Shown here: in pieces, positions 49,532 to 61,272 of the stretch
How positions within the stretch are numbered: the stretch's first letter is position 1
How the letters are laid out: every line of letters begins with the position of its first letter
NCBI GenBank assembly: GCA_045837725.1
Contig: JBEWZL010000260.1
Location: forward strand, 496,001 to 560,000
From: Vermamoeba vermiformis
Lineage: Eukaryota
Direction of reading: 5' to 3'
Length of the DNA stretch: 64,000 nt
Position numbers and translations under genes: made by a program
The notes under the pieces: generated by a model
What the model saw: only the letters and a program-made list of their open reading frames with translations
The model's database searches: none
Told to the model about the DNA's origin: nothing

Positions 49532-52500
49532 CTACTTCTTATTGTAGACCATAGAGGCGTTGTTCGTGGTGCCTTGACGAGGTAGCAACAAGCGCCAAGT
49601 CCAATGACATATCGAGTTGATGAGGTGACTAATCTGCTCAGTCTCGCTCTCGTTCTTTTTCGCCCGTTGGTTCAGATCGAGCTCTTTGCGACACGCGAAC
49701 ACTTCCAAGAAGGTGCTGTTCTCGCCAAACACCAAGTGCAAGGTGAGCTCGGGCCACTCAGGATTGAGTATGAACAGATGCAGCAGTTGTCCGACACGAT
49801 ACTGGCGCACACGCGGCGAATAGAGCACGGTCAAGTGCGGCACGAGCTCCAGCCACGGCAATGGGGTGCGAATCAGTTCGGTGAGCTGGGGATCGAGCTC
49901 TTCAATGTGGCGACAGTAGATGAGGCGCATCAAGTTGTGGAACTGCGCCTCGGTGAGTCCCTGTTGCGGTGCGGTGAGGGAGGGTGAGCCGATCTGCTGG
50001 CCGAACAACAAGTTCCACATGATGTCGCGCTCACTGTGCATCACTGCCTGTTGAATCACCTCCACCAGCTGTTCTTTGGCCTTGAGCAGTGCTTTCTGCA
50101 TGATGGTCTCATTGAGCTGCAGCTGTGTGCCCGGTGACGTGGCGAGTTCACTCATGATCTGCGAGGTGTGCGCGGCACCTGGATCTGCACTGCTCTTGTT
50201 GGGGTTGAGCGTGGCAGTGTTCGAGAGCAGACTGGAGACCTGTCCGACCGATGAGGCGAGCTGTGGGAATATCGTGTTGGTGTTGGTGCGAATGATGAAC
50301 ACGTCCAAGCAGATCTGTTTCCTCTTCTTGTCGTCACTCGCAGGAGGTGGCACCACGAATGCAATCACCGTGTAAATGAAGGGGTGCTCGTCATTGTTGA
50401 GCTGTGCAGTGAGACTCATGTAGTGCGGCACGAGATTGGGTGTGGTGGCACTGAAGTATATCGCGGGCTTGATGCCGTGCTCGTGCAGATTGGCCACGCC
50501 GTACAGCTCTGCGCGCTCAGCGACGAATGAGAACAGCTCGAGCGGACTGAGCACGGTCAACTCTTGCAGATCAATGGCAAAGCTGTGCTGCAAGATCTGA
50601 TTGCGCGCGTACTTGGGTGGTGCGTGGTGATAGCGCACGAGTGACTGCAGCATGTGCACGAGTTCGAGGGGTGGATAGGGGGCCTTGGAGGGTGCAGCGA
50701 GCAAGAAGTGCTGTATCTGTCGCAAGTGATAGTCGTACACAAACGAGTTCATGTGCAAGTGATCTTTGAGCTTGTTGCACTCGTCCGAGAACATCTTGAG
50801 CTGCCGATACAACTTCTTGGGATTGAGAATCAGCTCGGTCTGCTGCGTGATCAGCGACAGTTCTTTGGCGCCACTCGCACTGGGCTGCGACGAGGTCTCG
50901 AGCTCGAGGTAGAGATTGTACAGCCCTGCAGCACTGGTGCGCAGACTGTGCATAAAGTACAGGTCACACGTCACGAAGAAGTCGCGGAATCCGAGCACGA
51001 CCAGCAACAGTCCACCGCGGAACACGCGCTGCATGTAGACCTTGGGGTACTTGATGTTCTCGGTGCTGGTGAGGGCCGTGTTCTCAGTGACACTCTGCCC
51101 CACCGTGTTGAGTTGATGCACGCCATACGACTCAAGGTACTTCTCGTAGTCGAGCAGGAAGCGGTCCAACAGTCCGCGCTGCCAGTGCGCGAGTTCTGCG
51201 TGTGGCGTGAGGGCGGTGGAGAAGATGGGCTTGACGAGCTGATCCTTGATCTCACTCGCCACGGCACTCTCACCATCGATCGATCGACTCGTGGGCTTGT
51301 GCTCGGTGGGCATGCGTGCCAGCAAGAACGGAATGCGACAGCAGTGCACGAGTCTGCTGAACTTGATCACATTCTCCACCTCCTGTTGTGAGCGCAGCGA
51401 GTGGTGCTGACTCTTGTTAGCGGCGCTGTTCTCTTTGTTCTCGTTTGGTCGCACGGCATTGCGTCGTCCCCAGTTGTTGTAGATCTGTTTGATGGTGTGC
51501 TGGCGCTGTTGTAGCCGTTGCAGGTGCGGCACTATTTGTCGCGCGTGCGTGGTGTGACGCAGCACTGGATCGTGTTCTGCACCAATCACGTGCTGCGGAT
51601 GGTGATATTTCAGCAAGATTTCAAAGGGACACGTGGAGGACTCGGTGGCAGGCGTTGATGACGTCACAGTAGCGACAGGTGTCACATTGACAGGTGTCAC
51701 AGGCACTGTAGGTGGCACTTGGCCAGTCTTCGGTGCATTGGGTTGTGCAGTGCTAGCGAGGTGCGGTGGCTGTTTGAAGCGCGAGAAAGCAGTCTTGGAG
51801 AGGTACGAGTTCTGTGCCACACTGCGCGAGAGTGAACTGGACACGGGCCCTGCAGGACGAGTGGTGTGAATGATCAGCGAGCTCTGATTGGTCGCTGCAC
51901 TGCTCACACTCGGACTGGGTGCTGCGGGTGTGTTTTCACGTGACTTGCGCAGCAGTGCCACCTTGCGACCACGTGATTTGCGCGGAGGGGTGGGATTGGC
52001 CATCAAGAGCTCCACATTCTCATTGGTGAGCTGCACATTGAGGCCCGGCGCAGTGCTCTGTGCAGCAGCGCTCTTGCTCTGTGACTCGAGGGTGGCACGT
52101 GGCACGTGGTAGAAGAGTCCCATCTTCTGATGCAGCACATTGGACAGCAGCTGTGAGCGGAGGTGCGTCCACTCGTTGATGCGCGACAACTGACTCTTCA
52201 ATCGCTCCGCTATCTGCGGATTGATGTTGTACGTGTAGCACTGCAACACGCGACTGTGCTGCACGGTCAGGTAGATGAAGCTGTGGCGGTGCACTGTGAC
52301 CAGCGGCGAGATCTTCACATTGTGATAGTACACCAGATCACGCTGCGTGCTGTAGCGCTGCTCACTGCTCTCACTCTCAGCGTGACTCGGCTCCTCGCTG
52401 TGCACGTGTTGGTTGTGCACCGAGTCGTAGATGGCACTCTGCGGCTTGACGGCGATCAGCACCAGTGTGCCGCGGTCTTTGTGGAACAGGAGCTGCTTGT

Positions 52501-55500
52501 TCTGCTCGCTGTACGTGCGGTGTGCACTCGCTGGCTTGATGCGTGAGATGTCGAGGGGCTGGAAGAGTGCCTGGTCGTCGCGTGCAAACAACACGGCGGT
52601 GACGAGGGGCGGGGCGAGGTCGCGCACAATGTCCAGCACTTCGGGCAGGTAGTAGGGCACTGTCCAGGCGGGCATGGTGAGTTCAGTGCGTATCTCGCGC
52701 ACGCTGGGCACTTGTCTGCTGTGCGCTAGTTGCAGCATGTTCAAGCGCGCACGAGCACGCGCAGACTCGTCGTCAGTGCGCACGACACTCTGCAGCGCGG
52801 TGAGGGGCACGGGTGAGCTCGAGGGCGTGGTCTGTACACTGGACTGGGACACATCTGTCGCTGCCAGGGCCACTGTGTTGACTTTGAAGTAGGTCTCGAG
52901 CGCGTACTCAACCAGGGCCTGATTGGCGCACTCCGTCACGTGATCGATCAGGGCCTGTACCTCGACAGAACCGCGTGCCCAGAGCGAGATGTTGAGTGCG
53001 AGGCGCAGGTGTGGATTGAGCAGGGAGATGGGTGTCGCGCACTCGGTCGTGAAGCACTCGCTCTGCAGCTCTAAGCGCGGCAGGTGCAGCCACTCCTGAT
53101 CACTCACTGGTCCTGCGTGCACCTGATCGGGATCTTCCACCGCTGCGTAGTCGAGGGCAATGCACGCCACACCTTGCCCGAACACTGGTGGTCCAGTGGC
53201 TGTGGCGACGAGTGGTGATGCAGCAGCGAGTGCACCGGTGGCGGGTGTGACGGCAGTGGCAGCAGACTGGGCAATGTTGTTGTAGATGAAGCTGAAGTCT
53301 GCCTCTTTGATGCGTATCACACAGCGGCCATCGCTGTCAGTGTTCACGCAGCCGAGTGAATCGAGATTGGGAGTGTCGTACATGCCGGGGGAGAGCGGTG
53401 AGGCTGATTCAGGGCCCGGAGGTGAACTGAGTGCAGCACTGAGCGGCCCTTGATTGAGCAGTGCGCAGCTGAGTCCAAAGCTGTTGTTCTGATGCAGCAG
53501 CAGCGTTGTCTCGTGACTCGGTGCCGTGGCAAAGTGCATCACGTGCAAGTGCTGCTTGGCGAGGTTCTGCTTCAAGAAGAGCAGGTAGAGATAGGGATCA
53601 GCGAGCAGATGCGTGGGCAGTGCAATGTGGTACTGCCGCTGTGGGGCTCGATCCGCTGGCCGCAAGAAGTTGACGTCAGCAGGCGTGAGCTTCATCTGCG
53701 GATTGCGTCCGAGCAGCGTGGAGATGATGCTGAGGGTGATGGCGTGCAACTTCTTCTCGAGCAGCTTGTGCAGCTGTTCGGTGATCTCGCTGCCCGGGGG
53801 ATCAATGCCGTACACCTTGACGATCAAGTAGCTCTGTTGTGCAGTCGCGGCACTCGTGGCACTGTTCGCAGCAGTCACTGAAGCAGCGCGCACACGACTG
53901 CTCTCCGCAGCAGGGATCGGGATTGGCGTGGTGAGCGGTGTCTCGTGCACGGGTGCGTCGCTGAGGTCCAGGTAGGCACTGTGCTCGTGGTCGCGCAGAT
54001 CCCCCGTGTAGCTGAGCAAGCGCAGATAGAAGGTGTGGCCATCCTGCTGCCGATACACGAACATGTGTCGTCTGTTGGTGACTTGGAAGTGGTGCAGCGT
54101 GGAGTTGATGAGGGCTTTGATCGCTGTGCTCGGCTGCAGGCGTTCATTCAGCGGCAGTGCCATGACGTGCACGATGGGCATGCTGAACTGACCAGGGTAG
54201 TACAGCGTGTGCGTGTACTGCTGATTCTGCAACTGACTCAACTGTCTGCTCTCGTGACTCTGATCGCTCGATTGGCGCGGTGAGCGTGATCCGCGCTTGC
54301 TCTTGGTGCCGTCACTCTCTTCCTCATCGTGCTCGGGCTCCAGCAGCACGGAGCACACCTTGGTGTCGTGCAGTTGGTACAGCAAGAACAGCTGATTCAC
54401 GCGCTTGGCGATCAATCGAATGCGCTGTCTGAGGGCATTCAACACACGCATGCGCAGCGACTGCTTGTGCTCGCCATCCTCGAGCTCCAGCATGCGACGA
54501 TAGGGACTGGCAGGATCGGCAAACAGCTCAGCGCACCACTGAAATCGGACCTTGACCACATCACCTGCATAGCTCAGAATCAGCCAGAACGGCACGCGCA
54601 TGTGCTGCTCCTGATCGCGGTGCACGAACAAGAAGAGATCGTCCAAGCGGTGCAGTGGCAGCAGCGCAGAGTGTTCGAGTTCGTGCGGGAACAGCTTGCG
54701 ACACTCACGCGCATCCACGAAGAGCAGTGGCACGGTGAAGTTGAACAGCACTGGCGGTGAGAGGTGCGTCATGTAGTGCAGCACAATGTCGACGGTGGGA
54801 CGTTGCAGCTGTTGCTGTGCTTCACTCTGCACACGCAGTGCTTGCAACACTTGTTCCGCAAGCAGGGCGTGCACGGACTTGTGCATGTCGCGCAAGAGAT
54901 GTCTGATGTCTGCGGGCAACAGACTCACGGCCTCGTTGATGCTGGCACTGTGCGCATTGTCCTCTTCGTGCACACTGGGCAGTGCACTGCGCTCCTCATC
55001 GAGGCCAGTCTTGCGCAGCTGTTGCGGGGGCAGGGTGATCAGCACGAAGCGCAGCAGTATCTTGTGGCCTGCGTGGTGCTGCAGCTCAGCGACAGTGTGT
55101 GGCGTGGGAATGGTGGTCACTGGCACCACGACGTCACTCTCGCTGTGACTGTGCACGGGATGCAGCACACACTCCAAGCGCATGAACAGCGGCACTGTGT
55201 ACACGGAGGACGAGCCCAGCTTGGTCTTGGCTTGCAACAGATCAGTGCTCGGTGCTGTCAGTGCGCCATTCAAGCTCTTGGTGGGCGTGGAGGGCGAGTC
55301 AGTCTTCTTGCGCGACTCTGAGGCCCAAATGTCTTCAATCTCGGGCACGGGACTGTTGTCTGCGAGGTGATGCGCGTCATCCTCCAGCACAGGGGCATCC
55401 ACCACAAAGTCCTCGCCCGTCAACTCTGCATCCTCTTCTGTGTGCGCGCTGTGCTCGGGACGGAAGTAGAACAGTCCTGCGCCCTCGTGCACGGGCACAA

Positions 55501-58500
55501 AGTATCTGCTGAACATGGCGCTGAACTTGTGCGTCAACTCCTCGCTCGATGCTGCACTCTCGGTCTTGCTCAACAGCCGCGCACACTGCGTGAGATCGAG
55601 TTCGCTGGGATAGGGCCGTGCAGTCCACTGCATGACATCGAGCTCGCTGCTGCCAATGCTCAGGGACTCATCGCGCAGCACGGAGTACAAGGTGCGCACC
55701 AGTCCGCGTCTGTATTCAGCGCGCACTGCACCACCGAACTGTCGCGCACCGAGGGAGAGCAAGCGACGCGTGGAGGCAGTGCTCTGCGTGCTCTGTGCCT
55801 CACCCTCATCATCGCTGGGCACGCGCTCAGTGCTGCTCTGCATGTTGGTGCTGCTCTCGCGCTGTGACAAGTGCTCCAGCCACTCGCGCACTGCTCTGCT
55901 CGCGGTGGGGGGCGTGTGCTCGAGTGCTGTGCGCGAACACTCGCAGAACTCCACCGTGAGATCGTGCTGCAGCGCAGTGAGCAGTGACTCGTCGTCAGGG
56001 GCCGTGCTGAGTGCGTGATCGTCGTCAATGGACACGAGCAGCACCTCTTTCTGCGAGATACCCTTCACAAAGTACTTGGCCACTGTCTCCTCCACGCGGC
56101 CAGGCACAGTGCAGTCTGAATAGATGGCCACAGCGCTGTGCAGCACGTAGGTGAGGGTGTTGCGTATCTCGCGAGTGACGCGCAGCACTTTGTCGTTCTG
56201 CTCGGGCTTGAACATGGGCTTCACCACGGCAAACTTCTCCGTGTGTCGCTTGGACATTTCAATCACCGCATCCACGCTGAACACTGGCCGCACAATCTCC
56301 ACGTCACTGCGCTTGGTGATGTGCAGGTACTTGTCGTCCTCGCGCTCGTCCTCAGCGCTCTTGTCGTCCTCCTTGCTCAGTATCTGCAGCAAGCGATCAA
56401 AGGTGAACAGCGAGGACACGAGCTCGTGATCCACCTGATAGATGAGCTGCTTCAGGCGTCGGAACACCTCGCTCTCGTTCAGCTCGCCCTCTGCGCACTG
56501 CACCACACCGCGCTGAGGCTCCATCCACAGCTCGGTCACAATGAAGCCGCTGCTCGTCACGAACACGACGTACTGCACGATGCACGGCACTGGCTCGCTG
56601 CTGGCACTCACGCGCAAGTAGATCTCTTTGAACAGCGTCACACCGCGGTCACAGTGCGCGATTCTGAAGCCCTCTGAGAGGCGTGTGCGCACCACTGCCT
56701 CGACGATTCCTTCACGCGTGCGCGCAGCATTGACGAGCCAGATCCAGCGATGATGGGCCAAGTAGTGCATCAGCAGCGTGAACACTGGTGCAAGTTGTAT
56801 CAAATCAGAGAGCTGCGCAGTCTTGTTGTCATACAGCGAGGGTGCTGCACTGCTGTGTTCGGTGCTCGAGCTGTGCAGCGAGTGACTGGGACTCGCGTGA
56901 CTGGTGCTGCTGGCCAGCTCGTCCGCGGCATTGAGCAGCGCGTCCTCCTCCTCAGTGGTGGTGCTGTCGTGATCCGTCTCGCTCTCACTCTCGCCTGGCA
57001 CACTCTCGCCATCGCGCTCAGACACCTCTTCTTCCAGGGCACGCATCGAGTCCTCGCTGTGCGGTGTGGTCAGTTGAATGCTGCTGCGTCCACTGCGCGT
57101 CAGTTTGCCAATCTTGACTGTGGTGGCAGTGCTGCTGCGACGATGCATCGCACGCGAGGGCCGTGCAGTGCCACCAAAGTGTTGCTGGGCGTGTGTGGCG
57201 CGCAGTTGATTGAGGTCGTAGCGCACCAGCAGGGGACGCAGCGGCTTCTTGCACACCGCAATGGCCTTGTGACCGTAGCAGTGCGCGTGTTCGAGGGTGT
57301 GACGCAGCTCGTGCATGATGGCAGCGCGGTGCTCGGGTGTGGCTGCAAAGAAGTAGATGTACACCACCATCAAGTTGTCGCTCTCCTTGCTCAGTCGTGC
57401 CACGCAGAAGGACATGGCAGCACCAGTGCTCAGCTCGCTCTCCTCACTGCTCTTGTCGCGCAGGAACTTGACGAACAGCTGTCGCGAGTGATTGACATCG
57501 GACCAGTGCTCGAGACAGTCCAGCAGCGCGGTCAAGCTCTCTTTGAAGGTGAAGGACATGCTGCCCGCACCACTGCTCGCGGAGGTGGTGATCAGTGTCG
57601 TCTTGTCGCTGCTCGCCAAGTTGCTCTGACTCTCAAACGAGCGCACTTTGAACTTGCTCTTGCTGCTGTTCGACACGCTGTTGCTCGCACTCGACGATGA
57701 CGTCATCACGTGACGCGTGCCCTTGCTGAGCGAGGAGTCGTGTATCAGCACGAGTTCTAAGCGCTCCGTCTTGAACCAGCGGTGCCAGGGATTGCTGTCA
57801 GCTGTCAGTCATCAATCACACTTCAGCGCTGCGACTCACCCTCCCAGTATTGACAGTGACTTCCAGAACTTCTTCTGCTGCTCCAAGGCACGTGTCAGAG
57901 TCGGTGTAGCGCTGTTCTTGTTCGCGTCAATGCTGTTGCCGCGCGGTCGAATGAGTGCCAGCTCTTGCGCAGAGGTGATGAGGGCGGGCACGTCAATCGC
58001 CGTGTACAGCGTGCTCAACAGCTGCGCGAGCAAGCGATCAGTCTCCGTCAGCACCGAGAGAAAGGCGTGCAGTTTGCTGGGCTGTGACTTCTCGAGTCCG
58101 GAGGGCGCTTTTTGTAACGAATTGAAGAGCAGCAGGAAGTCGTAGTACGAGAGCACTTCAATCTTGATGTCGATCGGTGTCGAGGTCGTGTCGGTGGATG
58201 TCGGTTTGTGAGCGCGCAGTGAATAGATCACTTTCACTTGTGGTCTCCAGGCCAGCAGAAATTTCACCGAGATATCTGTTTTAAGGTCAGCAACGAGTTT
58301 CAGCATTACGCGTCATCAATTGACACGCGTTGATTCTACGAGTGCTGCAAATATCACGTGTCACTCACCAGTCTCAGAACTCTGCACGGAATTCACTTTG
58401 AAGCCCTCACGGCACCGCGCATCAGCCAGCAGTGTGAATAGTGCCTCGGAGAGGTGTGGTGGCAAAGTGACAGGCTGCGTAGTGGCAGTCGGTGGCGCGG

Positions 58501-60020
58501 GCAGTACGTAGTGTCGTGCGCGCGTGACGAAGAAGGGTGGTGGCGTGGAGACCGCAGTCTGCCAGGGATATGGAGCATCGAGCGAGACATTGGCTGCAGT
58601 GGGTGTGTTGGAATTGGCAATGGACTCGGTGGAGGTCGCGAGTGAGGACATGAGCGCGGTGATGACAGCACTGACAGCAGGGCCCTGCTCATCGTGCGGG
58701 GCCAGCAGTCCACCACTCGCTTCATCCTCGCGCGTGGGAGTGCCGCTCACCACACGTCCGAACAGTGCGCGCGAGAGAGTGGCGAGCACGTAGGGCAGTG
58801 AGCTGTGTTGACGCAGCGGTGCGAGCGGTGTGAAGGACCAGGACGGGGCGTGCGTGGACTGTGCGAGATGTCTGCAGCTGTCGGTGTCAGCGATGTGACC
58901 AAACGGCGAGTAGAACGCATTGGAGCCAATGGTGATCACTGGCGAGGCAATGTCCTCGCGATTGAGCAGCATCAACAAGCTGTCGTACTGGTGTATGTTC
59001 TCGGGCAGTGCCAGCACACCATCTGTGAGCCAGATCATCATGGGTGTGGCGTCACGTGGCAGCAGTTTGAGTGCAAATGCCGCATTCTGCAGCTGATAGG
59101 CACAGTCACCCTCATTGCTGGTGCTCGTGCTCGTGTGAATGATCTTCTCTTCCACGCGGAACATGGACACTTTGATCTGCTCTAAAAATAGCGGCAGTTC
59201 GTCACGCGACAGCAGCGCTCCTTGACACAGCGTTGCAAAGCTCTCGGTGCTATTGCCCTGCGCGATGATGGTCACGTAGACCTCGGGGGAGAGCTGTGAA
59301 ACAATGGTGAGTGACAGGTGTCAACGCGCACTGCAGAGCTAGGTACCTGTATGTTGGAGCGAGGCACGTGAATGGGCTGCGTGATGGTCATCAGCAACAG
59401 ACACAAGTTCTCGTACAGCTCCGAGTACAACACGCGATTCAATTGCGGATCTAAGCTGCCCATCGATGAACTGACGTCTACGCTGATCACCACTCTAGAA
59501 ACACTGTTAGTCATACGAAGATAGGGCGCTGTTGTTTGCGCTACTTGCCGGTACTTGCACGCGTAGATCCGCAGCTTGGTGTCACCAGAGAGGGTGTAGT
59601 GTTGCGTGCCTGTCACGCTGTCAGTACAATGCTCGACACCTCTAGACATGCCACTCATATATATAGTGCGTACCTTGACTGACATCGAAGGACGGTATCG
59701 TGCTCTTGTGCACAATGTTTTCTATCGAAGGCCAATCCGCAGGGAAATTATTGTAAATATTATTTATGGTGCGTTCATCGTCTGAAATTGCTTGCAATAC
59801 ACGAACATTGTCATTGGTGATCTATAATTAATTATTAATTGAGTGAACGTGCGTGTTAGCGCAGCTGGATCAGATCTACCTTCAGATCAACAAAAGGCTT
59901 GTTCAAATTGTCCAAGAACCACGAAAACTGATCATTTCTATTAAATAGCGAATAGTCTTTCACTAGCAATATTAGTTGATCGATTGTTCCTTCACTTTCA
60001 GCAATCTGAACTGAATCCAT
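49532..60020 (-). CDS. SZT2: KICSTOR scaffold SZT2-like giant protein
   Basis: vWA-like VVISVDVSSSM, MIWLTDGV, ARCREGFK, RLSEGF, VTELWMEPQ, RVNQLFLLYQLHDTKVC, LLSNVLHQKMGLF, HMNSFVYDYHLR. Confidence 0.88.
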
Positions 60021-60163
60021 GTCGAAAGTGGTTGCTTAGGTGTATATATAGGGACAAGTTAAACTCGAGTACTGATTGTTGCCATTCGTGTTCTTATAAT
60101 GCTACTCGAGGGTGAAATGGATAAAAGGACCATTCAAGACCGCAATTACATTTCACAGCAACA

Positions 60164-61107
60164 ATGTCGCGCGAAACAACACCCACCAAGCAGTGGGCCG
60201 ATGAACTCGAACAGCCGCGCACCTCATCGCCGAATGACACCACGACCACGCCCAAGATCTCAGCTGGTTGGAAGAGACAGTTGCTGCTACACGCTGAACG
60301 GAGCAAGAAACAAGCTGAAAAAGAGGTAGAAAAACAGAAAAAAATCGAGGAGTGGCGCAGCGAGGAGAAGAAGAAAGTGTTGGATGCTAAGGGTAGGTGT
60401 AATTATCACACTGAAATTTAATAATTATAATATTGCTCGTGTCCCCAGCGAGTCCAGACAGAGCAAGTCCCGCGCCAGTACATTCACCCTTCCACGCTGA
60501 GCAGCGAGGACGAGGCTCGAGTCCTATTGCGCGCACCAGTGATCACGCACCGCGCACTCGCGAACCTCGATCTGACACCCAGCGACCAGACAACAATGCA
60601 CGTTATGAACAACGACATAATAATAACAGACAATACGAACACAAACCGCGTGGTCAGCACAGTGAGCGATCTCCGAGTGACAAATACGCGCCTTCACATC
60701 GTCCCGAAGTTGAATCTGAGCGCTGGTCACGTGGTGGTCATGTACCAGGGCACCGAGGACGCGGATCACGTGGTCGTGGTCGTGACACTGAATGGCGCAA
60801 CACCCGTCATTCTCCTGCGCGTGACCATGAAGAGGAGCACGTGGATGTGGTGTCACGCAGCGAGGCGTCTACCAGGGCCAATGCCCCAACCAGGGCGCGA
60901 GTGCACAACAAAGGTGAAGCACCTCAGCCCTTGCTGGTGGTGAATGTGGAGCTCGAGAATGGTGCGCAGACACAACTGGTGATTCATGAACAGGACGAGC
61001 TGGCACGTGTGGCACGTGATTTTTGCAAAGAACACGTGATAGATAGGCAGCTCGTTGATTTGTTCGTGGAAGAGATTGCAATTCACCTCAAACAAGTGGC
61101 ACTGTAG
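60164..61107 (+). CDS. Hypothetical protein (disordered Arg-rich middle, small folded C-terminal domain)
   Basis: Two exons; C-terminus LLVVNVELENGAQTQLVIHEQDELARVARDFCKEH. Confidence 0.65.
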
Positions 61108-61272
61108 TGTTCTTCATTATGTATTCGAATAATTTGTAAATAGGCGGATCCATTTGTACATTAACAGTTTTATAGCAACGCAATTAGTAATTTTTACAAG
61201 GAGAGGGTGGGATAGGGGAGGGTGGGTTAATTCGTGATTTGGTCAAAAATAATCGAGGGGAGGTGAATACGA

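Noticed and set aside
49604-59185. Many long + strand ORFs opposite SZT2 (likewise opposite CCT8, CWC22 and the oligopeptidase)
   Set aside because: Antisense shadows of GC-rich coding sequence with no recognisable domains.
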